Source: Monocercomonoides exilis PA203 (lineage: Eukaryota > Protista > Preaxostyla). From it: a DNA stretch of 64,000 nt. Shown here one piece after another: positions 48,401 to 60,924 of this stretch (positions are counted from its first letter, which is position 1; each line of letters begins with the position of its first letter). A program made the translations under genes and the position numbers. The DNA is taken from contig LSRY02000021.1 of assembly GCA_001643675.2 (NCBI GenBank), positions 496,001-560,000 on the forward strand. Direction: 5' to 3'. A model generated the notes under the pieces. The model ran no database searches, had not been told where the DNA came from, and saw only the letters and a program-made list of their open reading frames with translations.

Positions 48401-50736
48401 AATGGATGAGACACTTGGAGACTTCACAAAGGTGTTTGATGTTGCCTGTTTCACAAACCAATCTGGATGACTGAAAATAAGAAGGAAGGTAAAAAAAAAA
48501 AAAAAAAAAAGAAAAAAAGAAAATCAAATAGAGAGATAGATAGAAAAAGTGCGGTTATATTATTTGAATAAATTTCTAAATATTTCAATATAAAAGCCAA
48601 AGTCATTCGCTAACAACAAAAACAGTAATAATAATAATAATAACATTTCCCCTTCTCAACCAATAGTATTCAAAATAATAACAATAAGCACACTCATCCT
48701 TCAATCTCCTTGCCGCTTCCTTTCTCCTCTCTCTCCTCCTCGCCCTGCCTTTGATGAACGCATCGTCCAGAGGCATGTTGATCAGATACGCTGCCAGTGG
48801 AACACAGCAACAGAGTGACTGGATAGTTGCATTGAGAAAGCAGCTGTTGCCCAAGTTGATCAGCCCGACACGACATGGCTGAGTGTGTTGAGGAGGAAGA
48901 AGGGAAGAGGAATGGGAAGATGTGAGTGGGGCGTGAGGGAGAGAGAGGGAAGTTTGAGGAATGGGAGAAGAAGAAGAAGAAGAAGAGGAGGAGGAGGAGG
49001 AAGAAGAAGAAAGAGGTTTGCTTGTGATGATGAATGATGGTAGTGAGCGAAGACGGATGGGCTGAAAGCGAGGGAGAGGTTGAAGAGAAGAGAGATAAGC
49101 AGAAGAGGCCGACGGCTGTGGAAACAGTGTAAAAGGAGGAGCATTCGAAGGTAATGAAGAGGAAGAAGGAGCTAATAAATTTACCGCTCCTTCTGCTGAT
49201 GAATTGAATGAAGCATAAGATGGATGAGTCGGATACGGAATAAAAAACGATGGGACAGAATTTGCCGGAAACGCAGCTGCTGGTGCTGGCTGGATTCCTT
49301 TGAGAGGCGAGTGAATGAAAAGAGGGGGGCGGAAGAGCGCATCGGGTGAAGAAGGAAGAATGGGAATATCTGTGTCATCTGTCAAATCAATTTCTGATGA
49401 AGTTTTCGTGTCAATTTCATTCAGGTCGCTTTTATCGCTTGTTTTGTGATTGTCCTCAGATTGTTGTGTTTGAAGGGGAATTGAGGGAAGACAAGAAGAA
49501 GATTCCTGCCATTCGGAAGATGTTTGTGGTGTTTTGTTAATTGTTTGTGCAGAAAATTGCTGATTGTTGTCAAAAGACTGACTTTTTGGCATTGGTTGCT
49601 GAAGTTCACTGATGAAGTGTTCACTTTCGGTCAATTCACTCAACCCAAAAAGTGTTGGATCAGTGTTTTTTGATTCGTTCTTTAGCAGATGCTCTTCGTT
49701 GGCATTTGGAAAACTTGTCAAAGAAGTATTGACGTCTTCGTTCAATTTGCTTTGATCTTGTTTGTTTTGCGTTTTGTTTGAGTCAATTACTTCGCAAGAT
49801 TCTGGCATGCTGCTGCAACGAGACCCACCTTCTGTTCCTGCAGCGGCCGGCTCTTTTTTCCTCTTTTTTGGAGCACCACCATTCAAGCAGACCACAATTT
49901 CTTTATTTTGTCCGGATTTGTGCAGCATTTTTGGTAGCATAGATGTAAGTTCCACCCATTGGGACGGACTTAACAAAAACTTTGTCATCTTTTGAAAGAA
50001 TGATTGCATCTTTTCGTGTTCCTTTTCAGCTGGCTCATAATCAGTTTTAATTCCAGAACAGATTGATAAAGTTTCGTTGTCAAAGTCTTCCAATCTCTTA
50101 TGCTTTTCCTCAACAAATATTGATAATGCTTCTTGAGATTCATTCGCGCCCACATCGCTCATTTCTCCCACTGCTAAGTTCTCTGATTTTCCACTTGAAA
50201 AATACCTTTTTTCATATTTGTGCATGGAACTATTTGAATTAATTGTTGATTTTTGTTCGGGCAAAGAATTACTAATTTTTGAAGAAGAATATGCTATATC
50301 AAGCATTTGAACAAGTTTTTGATGAACAAGAGAAACGGAAGGCTGAAGGTTACTGCTCGATATCTGTTCATGGAATATAAAAATGGAAATAAATAATAAA
50401 AAAGTGCAAATGAAGCACACATATCGTTTACATTCAAAGCACCAAGTTTTTTGTGAAAGAAAGTTATAAAAAACGGAATGAGCATTCAATTTTATGAAGC
50501 TGAAAGTATGTTTTCTGCAGCAAGAAGAGCATCCAATAAACGAGCAATGACAGTTCAGACAAATCCAAAACATGCTACATTCGCATCTACATAAAGGACA
50601 TTTCCCTTTTAATCCATCTAATTGATTCTGAAACCATTGTTATTCAAAAACAAGATAAAAGTCAAACGATAAATCTGCTGGATTTGAATCGAGGGATCTG
50701 CCACGCTTCATAAAGCGAGCAGTGCGTACAAATCAT
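45481..50736 (-). CDS. Ubiquitin-specific protease, USP20/USP33-like (zf-UBP + USP catalytic + probable C-terminal DUSP), multi-exon
   Basis: N-terminal Cys/His-rich zf-UBP (CTHC...CPLCRCECSMFWICLNCHCSFIGC...KTWCFECK), Cys box GLINLGNSCFLNATIQSL, QCDAHEAL, FMGTLHCTIRCFNC, YKCDNCK, His box VIVHKGMASRGHYLCY, WFECNDS and QAYILFY. The C-terminal exons contain LLCSH and VSPFVWKEI, which look DUSP-like. Confidence 0.88.
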
Positions 50737-50976
50737 AAAAGAATCTCTCTTATTTTTCTATTTTTTAGCTTTATAATCCTATGTCAGCGATATTTTCACT
50801 TTTCATAAAATTTCCCATGATAAATTATTTTTGAGATATTTATCTCGAACAAATCTGCATGAATATTTCGGTACAAATTGTATTTTCAAAAACTTCAATA
50901 TGCCAAATTTTTCTGATGAATAATAAAAATTCTTTTTCGCAAGACAATGGTAATATTGATCTTCTTACTAAATAAA

Positions 50977-52510
50977 ATGAACTTTTTTCTATTCTTTTTA
51001 ACTGTATTGCAAATCGTTGTGTCAGACGATTCCGATGAAATAATGAAAGTTTATGTTGCGCATTCAGGCATAGATACAAATCCAGGAACTGAAACTGCAC
51101 CGTTTGGCTCGATCCAAGCGGCTGTTGATGTTCTTAAGAAATCAAAAAAAGAAGGCGAGATATATGTTTCTGAGGGAACATACGATTTTGAGCCCATTAA
51201 AATTGAAGGTTTGTTGCGAAGTTTTGTTGAGAAATTTTATATTTTAAAAATTTATCTTTAAATTGTTTCATGCAGACCAAGACGTCAAAATCATTGCAAA
51301 AGGATCTTGCCATCTTAAAACATCTGAAAGAAGCAAGAAATCTTTATTTACTGTTTCAAAGGGTTCTTTCGAATTAGAGGGATTCTTTATTGATGTTTAT
51401 GGCATTATATCAACTCCATTGATGTTAGTTGATACAAAAGCAACGATAACCAGTTGCGTTATCTCAGCACTTGGAGAGAATGAAGATGGGCGTTCAAAGC
51501 CAGTTATTCAACAAAAAGGTGGTGAAACTTACATTGATAAATGCCAAATTACAGGATTTGAATTCCTCACAAATCCAGCTGCAACTGTTATCCAAGTTGG
51601 AGGGAAATCTCCAGCTACTACACTTACTGATTGCTTCATGACCTCAATGACCAAAACTTCTTCTGGAATTGTTCTTAGCGTTGACAAGGAAGTTATGGGT
51701 GGATTCAAGGTATTGTGCCAGTTCTGTGACTTCACTGATATTTTCCCACCTGTAATGGGAGGTGGATATATAACTGCGGGAAATTTGATTGGTGATGGGC
51801 AGTTTACTCTGACGAAATGCAACTTTATGGGGCATAATAATGTTAGTGGAGGAATCATATTTGCTAATCAGAAATTGGGTGAGGGCTCATACAAAGAAGA
51901 AGTTGATGAAGGAGAAGAGACAGATCTTGAAGAAGACGAGTTTCATATGATGGCATTTCCAGTTCTTCCTCCATCGGCTGTGCCAGTTGGAGGATGGTAT
52001 TACAGCGATGATGCAGAAATGAGCATTCAATATCCTCATTTCTACAAGACAGTTTTGCGAACAGGCAATGTTTCTTCGACAGGCGAAATTGAGCTTGATG
52101 AAGGAGAAAGCCCCGACGGAACAGGAATTATGATTGATGGAATGCCATTCACTTTCCTGACTCGTGCACTGATGTCTGTGCAATTGCCTTGTGAATTCTT
52201 GGATGAACGAAAGCAGCCAAGATTTGAAAACAAAGAAGAGAAGAAAGAAGATGAAGAAAAAGAGAGGGGACAAGGCATTTGCGGAGAGTGGGAAGGGAAA
52301 ATGCTTCATTTGACTACGCCTTGCAAGCCATCTCAGAAGGATATTAAAGAAGGAAAGGCGGTTCCCCAGTCCATTCAGCACTTTTTCATCAAGTCAACCG
52401 AAGAAAAAAGAACAAGAAAAGAAAGAGAGCAGCTTCTTGGTGTGAGATCGGCTGTGTTCCAAATCTTGCACCAATCGCCTATTCAAATGAAAGACGATAA
52501 AGAAGAGTAG
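50977..52510 (+). CDS. Secreted/surface protein with a signal peptide, a DUF1565-like N-terminal motif and a predicted right-handed beta-helix (2 exons)
   Basis: Signal-like start MNFFLFFLTVLQIVVS, then VYVAHSGIDTNPGTETAPFGSIQAAVD...IYVSEGTY (typical pectin-lyase-fold N-cap). Intron 51209-51275 (GT..CAG) joins it to ORF 51263-52510, which has repeating I.SC.I / L.DC.M / L.KC.F strands. Confidence 0.72.
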
Positions 52511-52998
52511 AGACAACAGAGAAAACTAAAAGAAAATAATAATATATCGAGAAGATAGAAGGACTTGGTGTAATATCAACAAAATGAAAGGATCAATTTT
52601 TTAGCTGAGTCTAATTCAATCCTCACAACATTTTTCCTTCTTTGAGATATTTGCTTTTATATGTTTTTTGTTTTTTTCGATTTTATTATAATTAATATTA
52701 ATTTCATTATAATTTTGAAAACGTTGTTATTTTATTTTTTCATTTGCCAACTTATCTTGTTATCTTCTCTTTTAATCAGCTTCAATTTTAGCATTTTATC
52801 AACATTTTATGTAAATTCAAAGAAATAGATATGTTTTTAAAAATGTTAAATTTTAGAAACAAAAGAAGCATTTTGCAAAATGATGAAGGTTATATATCAA
52901 AATAAATGATAACAATAACGATAAATTATGATTTGCTTAGAGCATTAGCTTTTGTCGTTGTTGATGGAAGTGGTTTTTTTTTCTTTTTTCACAAATTA

Positions 52999-53831
52999 CA
53001 CCAAAAATTATTCAAGATCGAAAAACTTTAATTCAAAATCGAAAATGTTTAAAACAACATCGAAAAACTTTAATTCAACATCGAAAATTATTATTCAAAA
53101 TCGAAAAAGAAGTTAATTAGTTCAGAATTTCAATTCAAGTCAAAACAAAGGATATTTTATTGAAACAAATGTTGATTACAACAAATAATTATTTATTGGA
53201 AATGTTTTTCTTTCGTTTTATACGACTGTTTTCAATGATTAAGACTGATATCAATCGATTCTTTTATAAATATGAAAATTGAAAATGTTTTATTGAATCA
53301 GTTTCCAATGCAATAAATGAAATTCAAAACATTTCGTATTCAATAAATGAGATGAAATTCTGTCTTTTTGTGCACAAAACAAGATCATGAACTGTCCTAT
53401 CACTTTTGTTTTTTCTTGAATTCCTTGTTATCTCCTGAACACCTGTGAAAAGTTTAATTATCACTCAGTTTTATCCTATTTCCACTATTTCACACAACCT
53501 AACACAAAAAAAAAAAAAAACATCAAAAAATATTTTTCTAATTGAAATTGACATATTTCTCAGATCAATAACAGAAAGAAAAGAAACTGACATGATTTTG
53601 AATTTTGAAAAAATTTTCAAAATTTTTGATGATAAAGAATTTTCGATGTTGAATTAAATATTTTCGATTTCGAATAATTAATTTCGATCTTGAATTAAAC
53701 TTTTTCGATTTTGAATAATAATTTTCGATGTTGAATTAAAGTTTTTCGATGTTGTTTTAAACATTTTCGATTTTGAATTAAAGTTTTTCGATCTTGAATT
53801 AAACTTTTTCGATGTTGAATAATTTTTGGTG
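52999..53831. mobile_element. Non-autonomous DNA transposon (MITE-like): CACC...GGTG termini, TA target duplication, ~110-bp TIRs built from 21-bp subterminal repeats
   Basis: TA|CACCAAAAATTATTCAA at 52997 and TTGAATAATTTTTGGTG|TA ending at 53833. The left arm (52999-53109) matches the reverse complement of the right arm except for one extra 21-bp unit (consensus TCGAAAAAnTTTAATTCAAnA). No internal transposase ORF. Confidence 0.85.
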
Positions 53832-54167
53832 TATTAGAAATAAGAAGATTAATCAATGATGATAAAAATTGTTTTCCAGCTCAATACTGAACGGCAATCA
53901 ATCAAATAAACTTATAATAAATTTCTCTTTTCTCATATATTTATTTTTAAATTTTATAATTTAACTTTATTGATAACACATAAATAATTGTATTTTCGTG
54001 ATCAAATAACACAATTTAATTCGAATGCAAATTCTTTGGTGTGCAATTTCACTTTCATTTTATCACATTTAAATGTTTTTCATGAAAAACATTTTAATTG
54101 TTATCTTGAAAAACAAGAGAAAAAGTGATCCAACCAATATTAGTACACTTATATACTTTATCGGGAA

Positions 54168-56619
54168 ATGTTCTTTCTTGTTGCTGCTTTTCCAGGTTGA
54201 TTATTTAACCTTGTTAACTGTGTAATAAATGTTGTTTAATATATTGTTCATATGTATATTTTTAAAGATTTTGGAGATAAAGAGAACAACATTCAGATCA
54301 AAAATGGGAGATTGAATTTTTCTGCTACAAGAAATAAATGCAATGATTTTAAATGCTTAATTGCATTTTTAATAGTTGTAGCTGTTTTTGCAGTATTCTT
54401 CATCTACTCTGCAGCAGTTTCAAATTTGCAGCAATTCTCAATGCCATATGATTATCGGTTTGTGCATTTAAAAAAAGATTTCATTAAAACGAACAATATC
54501 TATGTTTATGACATATTTTCTTTTTATGTGTTTTGCTAGAGGTGATATTTGCGGTGCAAAAGGTGATGTGGATCTAACCAAAAAGCCAACGCTTTTTTCT
54601 CCACATGGAAATGACCTTGGAAATGGTTGGTGCGTTAAATCATGTCCAACAAAAACGTTGACGTGCATGTGTGTGGATGAGGAGCCAATAGAAGCGGAAA
54701 ATGAAAGTGATTGTGAGTTCCATGGAGATCAATGCTATTTTATGAATAATACCATGTTTCATGAAAATCATCATTACTGCATTCCGGAATCTCCGCAAAG
54801 TCGCGAATATGAAAATGCAGCTCATTCAGTTTTGGTTGATTTTGTCTCTTCATTTTGGACGATCATAGTTGCTGCAATTATTGCTGTTGTCCTTTGCTTT
54901 GCATATATGGGCTGCATGAGTTGCTGTGCTCGCACTTGCGTTTGGGCTTGTATTTTCATGGGACTTGGATGCTTTTTCCTTGCTGGGTTTATCATGATTG
55001 TTTTGGGAATTGCTTTTATTGGTAAAGCCAGCGAAGATGATAAAGGAGCTTTCACTGCTTTGATTTTATTTGGTCTTGTTATACTAGCATTTGGGCTGGT
55101 AGCTTCCTGTTGCTTATACTGCTGCAAGGAAAGAATTACTCTCGTTTCATATTTGATTGAAGCTGCTTCCAAGGCAATTACATCGATGCCATGCTTACCA
55201 TTGTTTTCTGCCTTGTTCTCAGTTGTTTCATGTATCGTATCTGTTCTATGCTTCTTTTCAATCCTGTTTTATGTTAGTTCCAGAGACTTGGAAAAAGTTG
55301 ATGGCAGTTGGACGGTGGTGTTGCCAGGATATGCTTGGATATTCATCCTGTTTGTGTTTGTTGCGTATGTTTGGATGGTTATGTTTGTGTTTGGGATGAA
55401 CCAGATGACAATTGGCGGATCAATAACATCGTGGTACTTCACGCGCAATCGTTCAGGCGAAAATTCTACAAGGGAATCTTGGCCTATCTTGTCTTCGTTT
55501 AAGAGGGCATTAAGATACCATTCCGGATCAGTGGCCTTCGGAAGTGGGTTGATCACAGCCTGTACAGTGATGCAAGTGTTGGCGCAGCTTGCTGCAGATT
55601 CTGCGAAAGAGTCTGGGAACGATATTTTGCAGTGCCTCTGCGCGCTCATTGCATGCATCGTGGAGAAGATCGAGCATTATCTTGAGTTTATCACGTCCAG
55701 AGTTTATGTGCTGATATCAATAAAAGGTGAGCCGTTTTGGCCATCAGCAAAGCAGACGATGTTCCTTCTTCTGCGGAACTTGATAACCAACGTAGTGTTG
55801 GAAGATCTCCTTCCGTATATCTTTGGAATTATCGAGTTTTTGATTGACGTTGTGTCAATGTTCTTCTTGCTGCTGATGACACGCCCTGATTTCTTCGCCG
55901 GTGGAAGTGATGCAGATTCCTATTGGCCAAACAGCGCGTGGTGGTTGACGCTTCTGCTGGGCTTTTTCCTGATCGTGTTCGTGGTTGACACTATCTTTGA
56001 TACATACGTATTTGGAGTCACTTCAGTGTTCATCTCTTTCCTCCTCGATGACGAAATGTGTCAGACAAACGAAAATTGGCAACCTTTCGGCACATCAGAC
56101 CTTCGCGAACGCATGTACGGAATGAAGGTGAAAGGATATACAATGGCACAAAAGTATAAAGAGAAGCATGAAAACTTTAACTTGGCATACTATGCTGAGC
56201 CACCTCCCACATATGTCGATCCATATGCACACAGACACGATGAAACCCAGATGTATGTGCAGCCACAGCCCATGGTTCAGCAGCAGTATACATATCCAGC
56301 CCCGCCGCAACAGCAGCCACAGCAGCAGCAAATGCAGGCAACACCATATGTTGATCCGACGACCATGTACTCTTCTCCTCCTGCTGCGTATCCTCAGCAG
56401 CCATATGCGCAACCACCATATGCACAACCTCCATATGCACAACCTCCATATGCACAGCCGGGAGTGGCTCCGGCAGGAGCTCCTCAATATCCAAGCCCTC
56501 CAGTGAACTATCCTACTGAGCCAACTGTTTATCCTTCACCTTCGGGTGATCCTGTTTATCCATCAGCCCCTATGGGGACGATGAACAATCCGGGAAGAGA
56601 TGATCTCGGGAAAGAGTAA
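54168..56619 (+). CDS. Choline transporter-like protein (CTL/SLC44 family) with a P/Q/Y-rich C-terminal tail
   Basis: RNKCNDFKCL before TM1, a Cys-rich loop (DYRGDICG...WCVKSCP), about 10 TM segments, GSITSWYF and ALRYHSGSVAFGSGLI. Probable exons 54168-54195, 54268-54457 and 54540-56619. The tail has (AQPPY)n repeats. Confidence 0.9.
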
Positions 56620-58363
56620 AAAGAGAAGGCCTTTGCGAGAAAGATGATCAGCGCATCACAAAACAAAATGAATAGAAGAATAAGGAAAGGAAAAAGTGAG
56701 TCGGATAAAAAATTTTTTATAATAAAGAATGGTTTGAAGCTAGTTCACTTTTATGTTGTTTATATTGCCTTATGACTGCTTTCAATACTTCTCATATTGT
56801 ACAGACTATCATTCATAGTTTTTAAAAGTTAAGCTTTGTTAAAGAATAGTTGCGCTTGAATGAAAGCTGAACAATATCGAAAGGCAAAGGTGGTAAAAGC
56901 AAATAAACAACAGAGCTATTGAGAAGACAGCGAAGAGGATGGGATGAAGATTTAAGGAGTAAGCTGACATCTTTCTTGTAATCGCTTTGATTGCTGAGTG
57001 TTCGTTGTGTCTATGTGTTTTGGTTTATTTTCGTATAGCTCGTTTTTATTTTATGATAATTTGAAAATAGGTATTTTTTTTATCATATATATATATATTT
57101 TTTAATATCATCTGTTAGGTGCGTTTTATTTTAATTTTTTGTTGCATTCAACTTTCTATTAGTATTATTTAACTTTTTTGACGAAAGTATTTTGAGAAAG
57201 ATTGAAATCGATGAAGGAAGACAGGACTCAAACGTTAGAGACATCTGACAACAAGTCTGAACTTCATTCAATTGAATGCACAATGGAAACAGTAATTGCC
57301 ACATTCTCATTAATTTCTCTTGAAAAGACGAAGAAATGGATTTGTTTTGAGAATATTAATGTTCATATTAATTGCTGTAAATTCTGTTCACCTTTCATCG
57401 TTTTTTCAAGACGAAGAAATGCACATCATCAATATTGCTTCATTCATTTTATTCAAATATCGTATTTTGTTCATTCACTATTCAATCATTATTATCCTTA
57501 ATATTTCACAAAATTTTTCATATGAGCTATTATTTTCATTGCAGCTTTTGTAACGCAAAGCTTGAGCTTCCTTTTTTCATTCCTTCGTTTGCATTTCAGT
57601 TTTTATATTTTCAAATTAATCATTTGTAACTGTCATCTTTCACATTTTATTTTAATTTGTATGAAACACCTGAACAACTTATACATTTATGAATGAAAAT
57701 TTCTTAATAATAACTGTCCAACTTCTTTTGCATTTTGTAAAAAGGGGGTGGGAACGAAAATCTTCTGAAACCCAAATATTCTGTTTTGGAGCAATGAATC
57801 AAAGCGGAAAAAAAACAATAAATTTGTTTCTTCAATTCAGTTTCTAGCGAATGGCTGGTGAATGGGGAAAATAAATAAATAAACGGAACGAAAAAGAATA
57901 CAAGCGAACACATTGAAAAAAGTGTAAGAAAAGAAGTGAATCTAATTGAATGAAATGTGTTTAAAATTGATGAAGAAAAATGATAATGGAAAAAAAAAAT
58001 CAAACACTTAAAAAATTAAAATTACATAAAAAAATTAAATTAAATTAATTGATTTAAACATGTAGTTTCTAATCGATCTATAAATTGCTTCACAAAAGCT
58101 AATAAAACGGCAAATCATATTAATTAAAGGAGAATCATAAAAAAGGCCCTAAAGAAAAAACAGAGAAAAGATTGTGAAATAATCATTTCGGAAAATACGC
58201 AACGCATGTAAAGCTAATACTATTTGCTCTGATGCAATAATTCGCTATGACCAAAATGTTTTAAAAGAATTGTAAAGAAATTGCTATTTGTGAAGTTATC
58301 TTTGACTTTTCTTTCTGTTTAATATCAATGTTGTTTTGTTTTCGCTTCGGTTTGGTTTTCTTT

Positions 58364-59513
58364 TTACTTCCCTCTCAAAATTTGTTGGACTTGTATTTTT
58401 TCGTTTTCTGTAAGCGACGTTGGGAATCTTATTTCCAGATCAACAATAAAATCTCCTTTCCTTCCAGGCATCTTTGAAATAGGCATTCCTCCTCCCACAA
58501 TCCTTATCCGAGATCCAGGCTTTGTGATCTGTGACGGATTGGCTGGCTCAACCATGGCACTTGTAATCCTGCGCGTGTCACCTCCAAGAAAAGGAACATG
58601 AATGTCAAATCCGCACAGCGCCTGCGACAGTGAAATTGCCTGTTTGCAATGAAGATCATTTCCATCACGAATAAGATATGCATGAGGTTTCTGTTTAACT
58701 ACAAAAACGATGTCAGCCGGAATATTACCCGGGCGCACATCTCCCGCTTTTTCAAAAGTAATTTTTGTTCCTTCTTTGAAACCAGGCCTTATATCAACTT
58801 GCATTATCTTTGATTCTGTTGTTGTTGATCCATGATCATCTGTAACATTTCGCGAGATTCTCATCTTCTTTGTACAGCCATTATACAGTTCTTCTAATGA
58901 AAGCATCAAATCATGATAAATTGGAGGATCTTGAATTGTTCTCCCTTGTCTATGACGAGAGCTTGATCTTTTGCGAGACGATGAGAAATCGCTAAAGAAA
59001 TCATCACCCATTCCAAATGGATTATCCGAACCAAACATCTCAGAAAACATCTGAAATGGATCTCTAAAACTAAATTTCCCTCCGGGCATTCCGCTTGAAG
59101 AAGTTGTGAAGAAGATCCTTGGACCTGAACCAGAAGTAGTAAAGCCTCCAGGAAATCCTCCAGCTGCATCATCGTCAGAAGGTACCCCTTTTAGACCTTC
59201 TTCACCATACTTATCGTATATTTGTCGCTTTTTTGGATCACTTAGTACATCATAAGCTTCACCAATTTTCTTGAATTCTTCAGTGGCCTTTTCTTTATTG
59301 TCTCGATTTCGATCTTTGCCGGAGCATTAATTGTATTGAACAAAAGAGAAATTGTATTCGTTGATAAAAGTAATTTTTAAAAAAAAAATGAAAATCAAAA
59401 AATATTGCAATACCTGGATGCCATTTAAGCGCCATTTTCTTATAAGCCTTTTTAATTGTTTCATCATCAGCATCTCTTGCTACACCTAATACTTGATAGT
59501 AATCTTGTCCCAT
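58364..59513 (-). CDS. Class B DnaJ/Hsp40 co-chaperone (DNAJB1/4/5, Sis1-like), 2 exons
   Basis: [11 protein letters not shown]...ALKWHP|DRN, with HPD split by intron 59413-59314. Then [25 protein letters not shown], a G/F region and a DnaJ C-terminal domain ([33 protein letters not shown]). No zinc finger. Confidence 0.95.
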
Positions 59514-59729
59514 TCAAACTGTATTTTCCTTTTAAAAATAGGATTCAAAAAAACTTGTTAACAAAAATATTCTTGTAGCCCATATTGCAATGATAAATGA
59601 TCACACAAATTCTGAAATGGTTCTTTTTCGTTTATTTGTCGGCTTTTTCCAATAACATAAGCAAATAGTTATTATTTTGAATAATCAATGTTTGTCAAAC
59701 GAAAATGATGTAACCATAATATTTTATTC

Positions 59730-60924
59730 ATGTCAGCTCAAGAGGAAGAAGTTCAACAAGAGGTTATTGAAGGTGCAATTCCAATTACCAAACTTGAGGG
59801 GAATGGAATTACTGCTGCAGATATTAAAAAACTGATGGAGCAAGGGTTTTTCACTGTTGAATCTGTTGCTTTTACAACAAAAAAGAATATTATGAATGTG
59901 AAGGGAATAACAGATGGAAAGGCAGACAAATTGTTGGCGGAAGGTGTTAATATGAATAATTTTTGTTGATTTATAAACACACAAAATAATTTTTATTCTA
60001 TTTTGAATAAAAGCTGCTAAACTTGTACCAATGGGCTTTAGAACAGCAACAGAATTTCATCTTCAGCGCCAACAAATATTAAGAATTACAACAGGATCAA
60101 AGGCGCTTGATGAGCTTCTTGAAGGTTTTTCAGCTTTGAAGTTCATTTTTCAGAAAAGAAAAAATTTTTATATTTTTGCACAGGAGGAATTGAAACTGGT
60201 TCAATAACAGAAATATTCGGTGAATTTAAAACTGGAAAAACACAGATATGTCACACGTTATGTGTTACTTGTCAACTTCCACAAGATCAAGGAGGTGCTG
60301 AAGGAAAAGCTCTTTATATTGATACTGAAGGTACTTTCCGTCCTGAGCGTCTTGTGAAAACAGCTGAACGATTTGGATTAAATTCAGCTGTTTGTGTTAT
60401 GTTTTTTTGTATATTCTTAATTTTTTTACATTTTATTTTTTGTTAAACGCATTTAGGATGTTCTCGATAATGTAGCATATGCACGAGCATACAATAGTGA
60501 TCATCAAACACAACTTCTTATTCAAGCTTCTGCGCTTATGGCAGAAGAGCGATTTGCTCTGTTGATAATTGATTCTGCGACAGCATTGTATCGTACTGAT
60601 TATTCTGGACGTGGCCAGCTAAGCGACAGGCAAATGCATTTAGGGCGTTTTTTGAGAACTTTGCTTCGTTTAGCAGATGAATATGGAATTGCTGTCGTTA
60701 TCACAAATCAGGTCGTGGCTCAAGTTGATGGAATGTCTTTTGTAGGAGAAGCAAAAAAGCCAATTGGAGGTCATATTATGGCTCATGCATCAACAACCAG
60801 ATTGTCTTTGAGAAAAGGAAAGGCTGAAACAAGAATATGCAAAATATATGATTCTCCTTCTCTACCGGAATCTGAGGCTCAGTTTGTAATTACAGAGAAT
60901 GGAATTGGAGATGCTAAAGATTAA
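59730..60924 (+). CDS. RAD51: RAD51 recombinase (4 exons, 332 aa)
   Basis: Exons 59730-59943, 60014-60124, 60184-60389 and 60457-60924 join in frame. Walker [10 protein letters not shown], Walker [45 protein letters not shown] and [11 protein letters not shown]. Confidence 0.97.

Noticed and set aside
52999-53831. 21-bp repeats as a CRISPR array (also 61658-61800)
   Set aside because: The units are contiguous with no unique spacers, are arranged as inverted terminal arrays, have no cas genes nearby, and the context is eukaryotic.
59730-60924. DMC1 assignment
   Set aside because: [14 protein letters not shown] and [12 protein letters not shown] follow the RAD51 pattern, not the DMC1 pattern (IMALFRVDFSGRG, RQQKL).
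23120-60924. Functional gene cluster (DDX11+RAD51 repair; UBL5+USP ubiquitin; centrin+CSPP1 cytoskeleton)
   Set aside because: These are mixed housekeeping genes in a compact eukaryotic genome. The pairs are distant or mechanistically unrelated (Hub1 is not conjugated, so it needs no USP).
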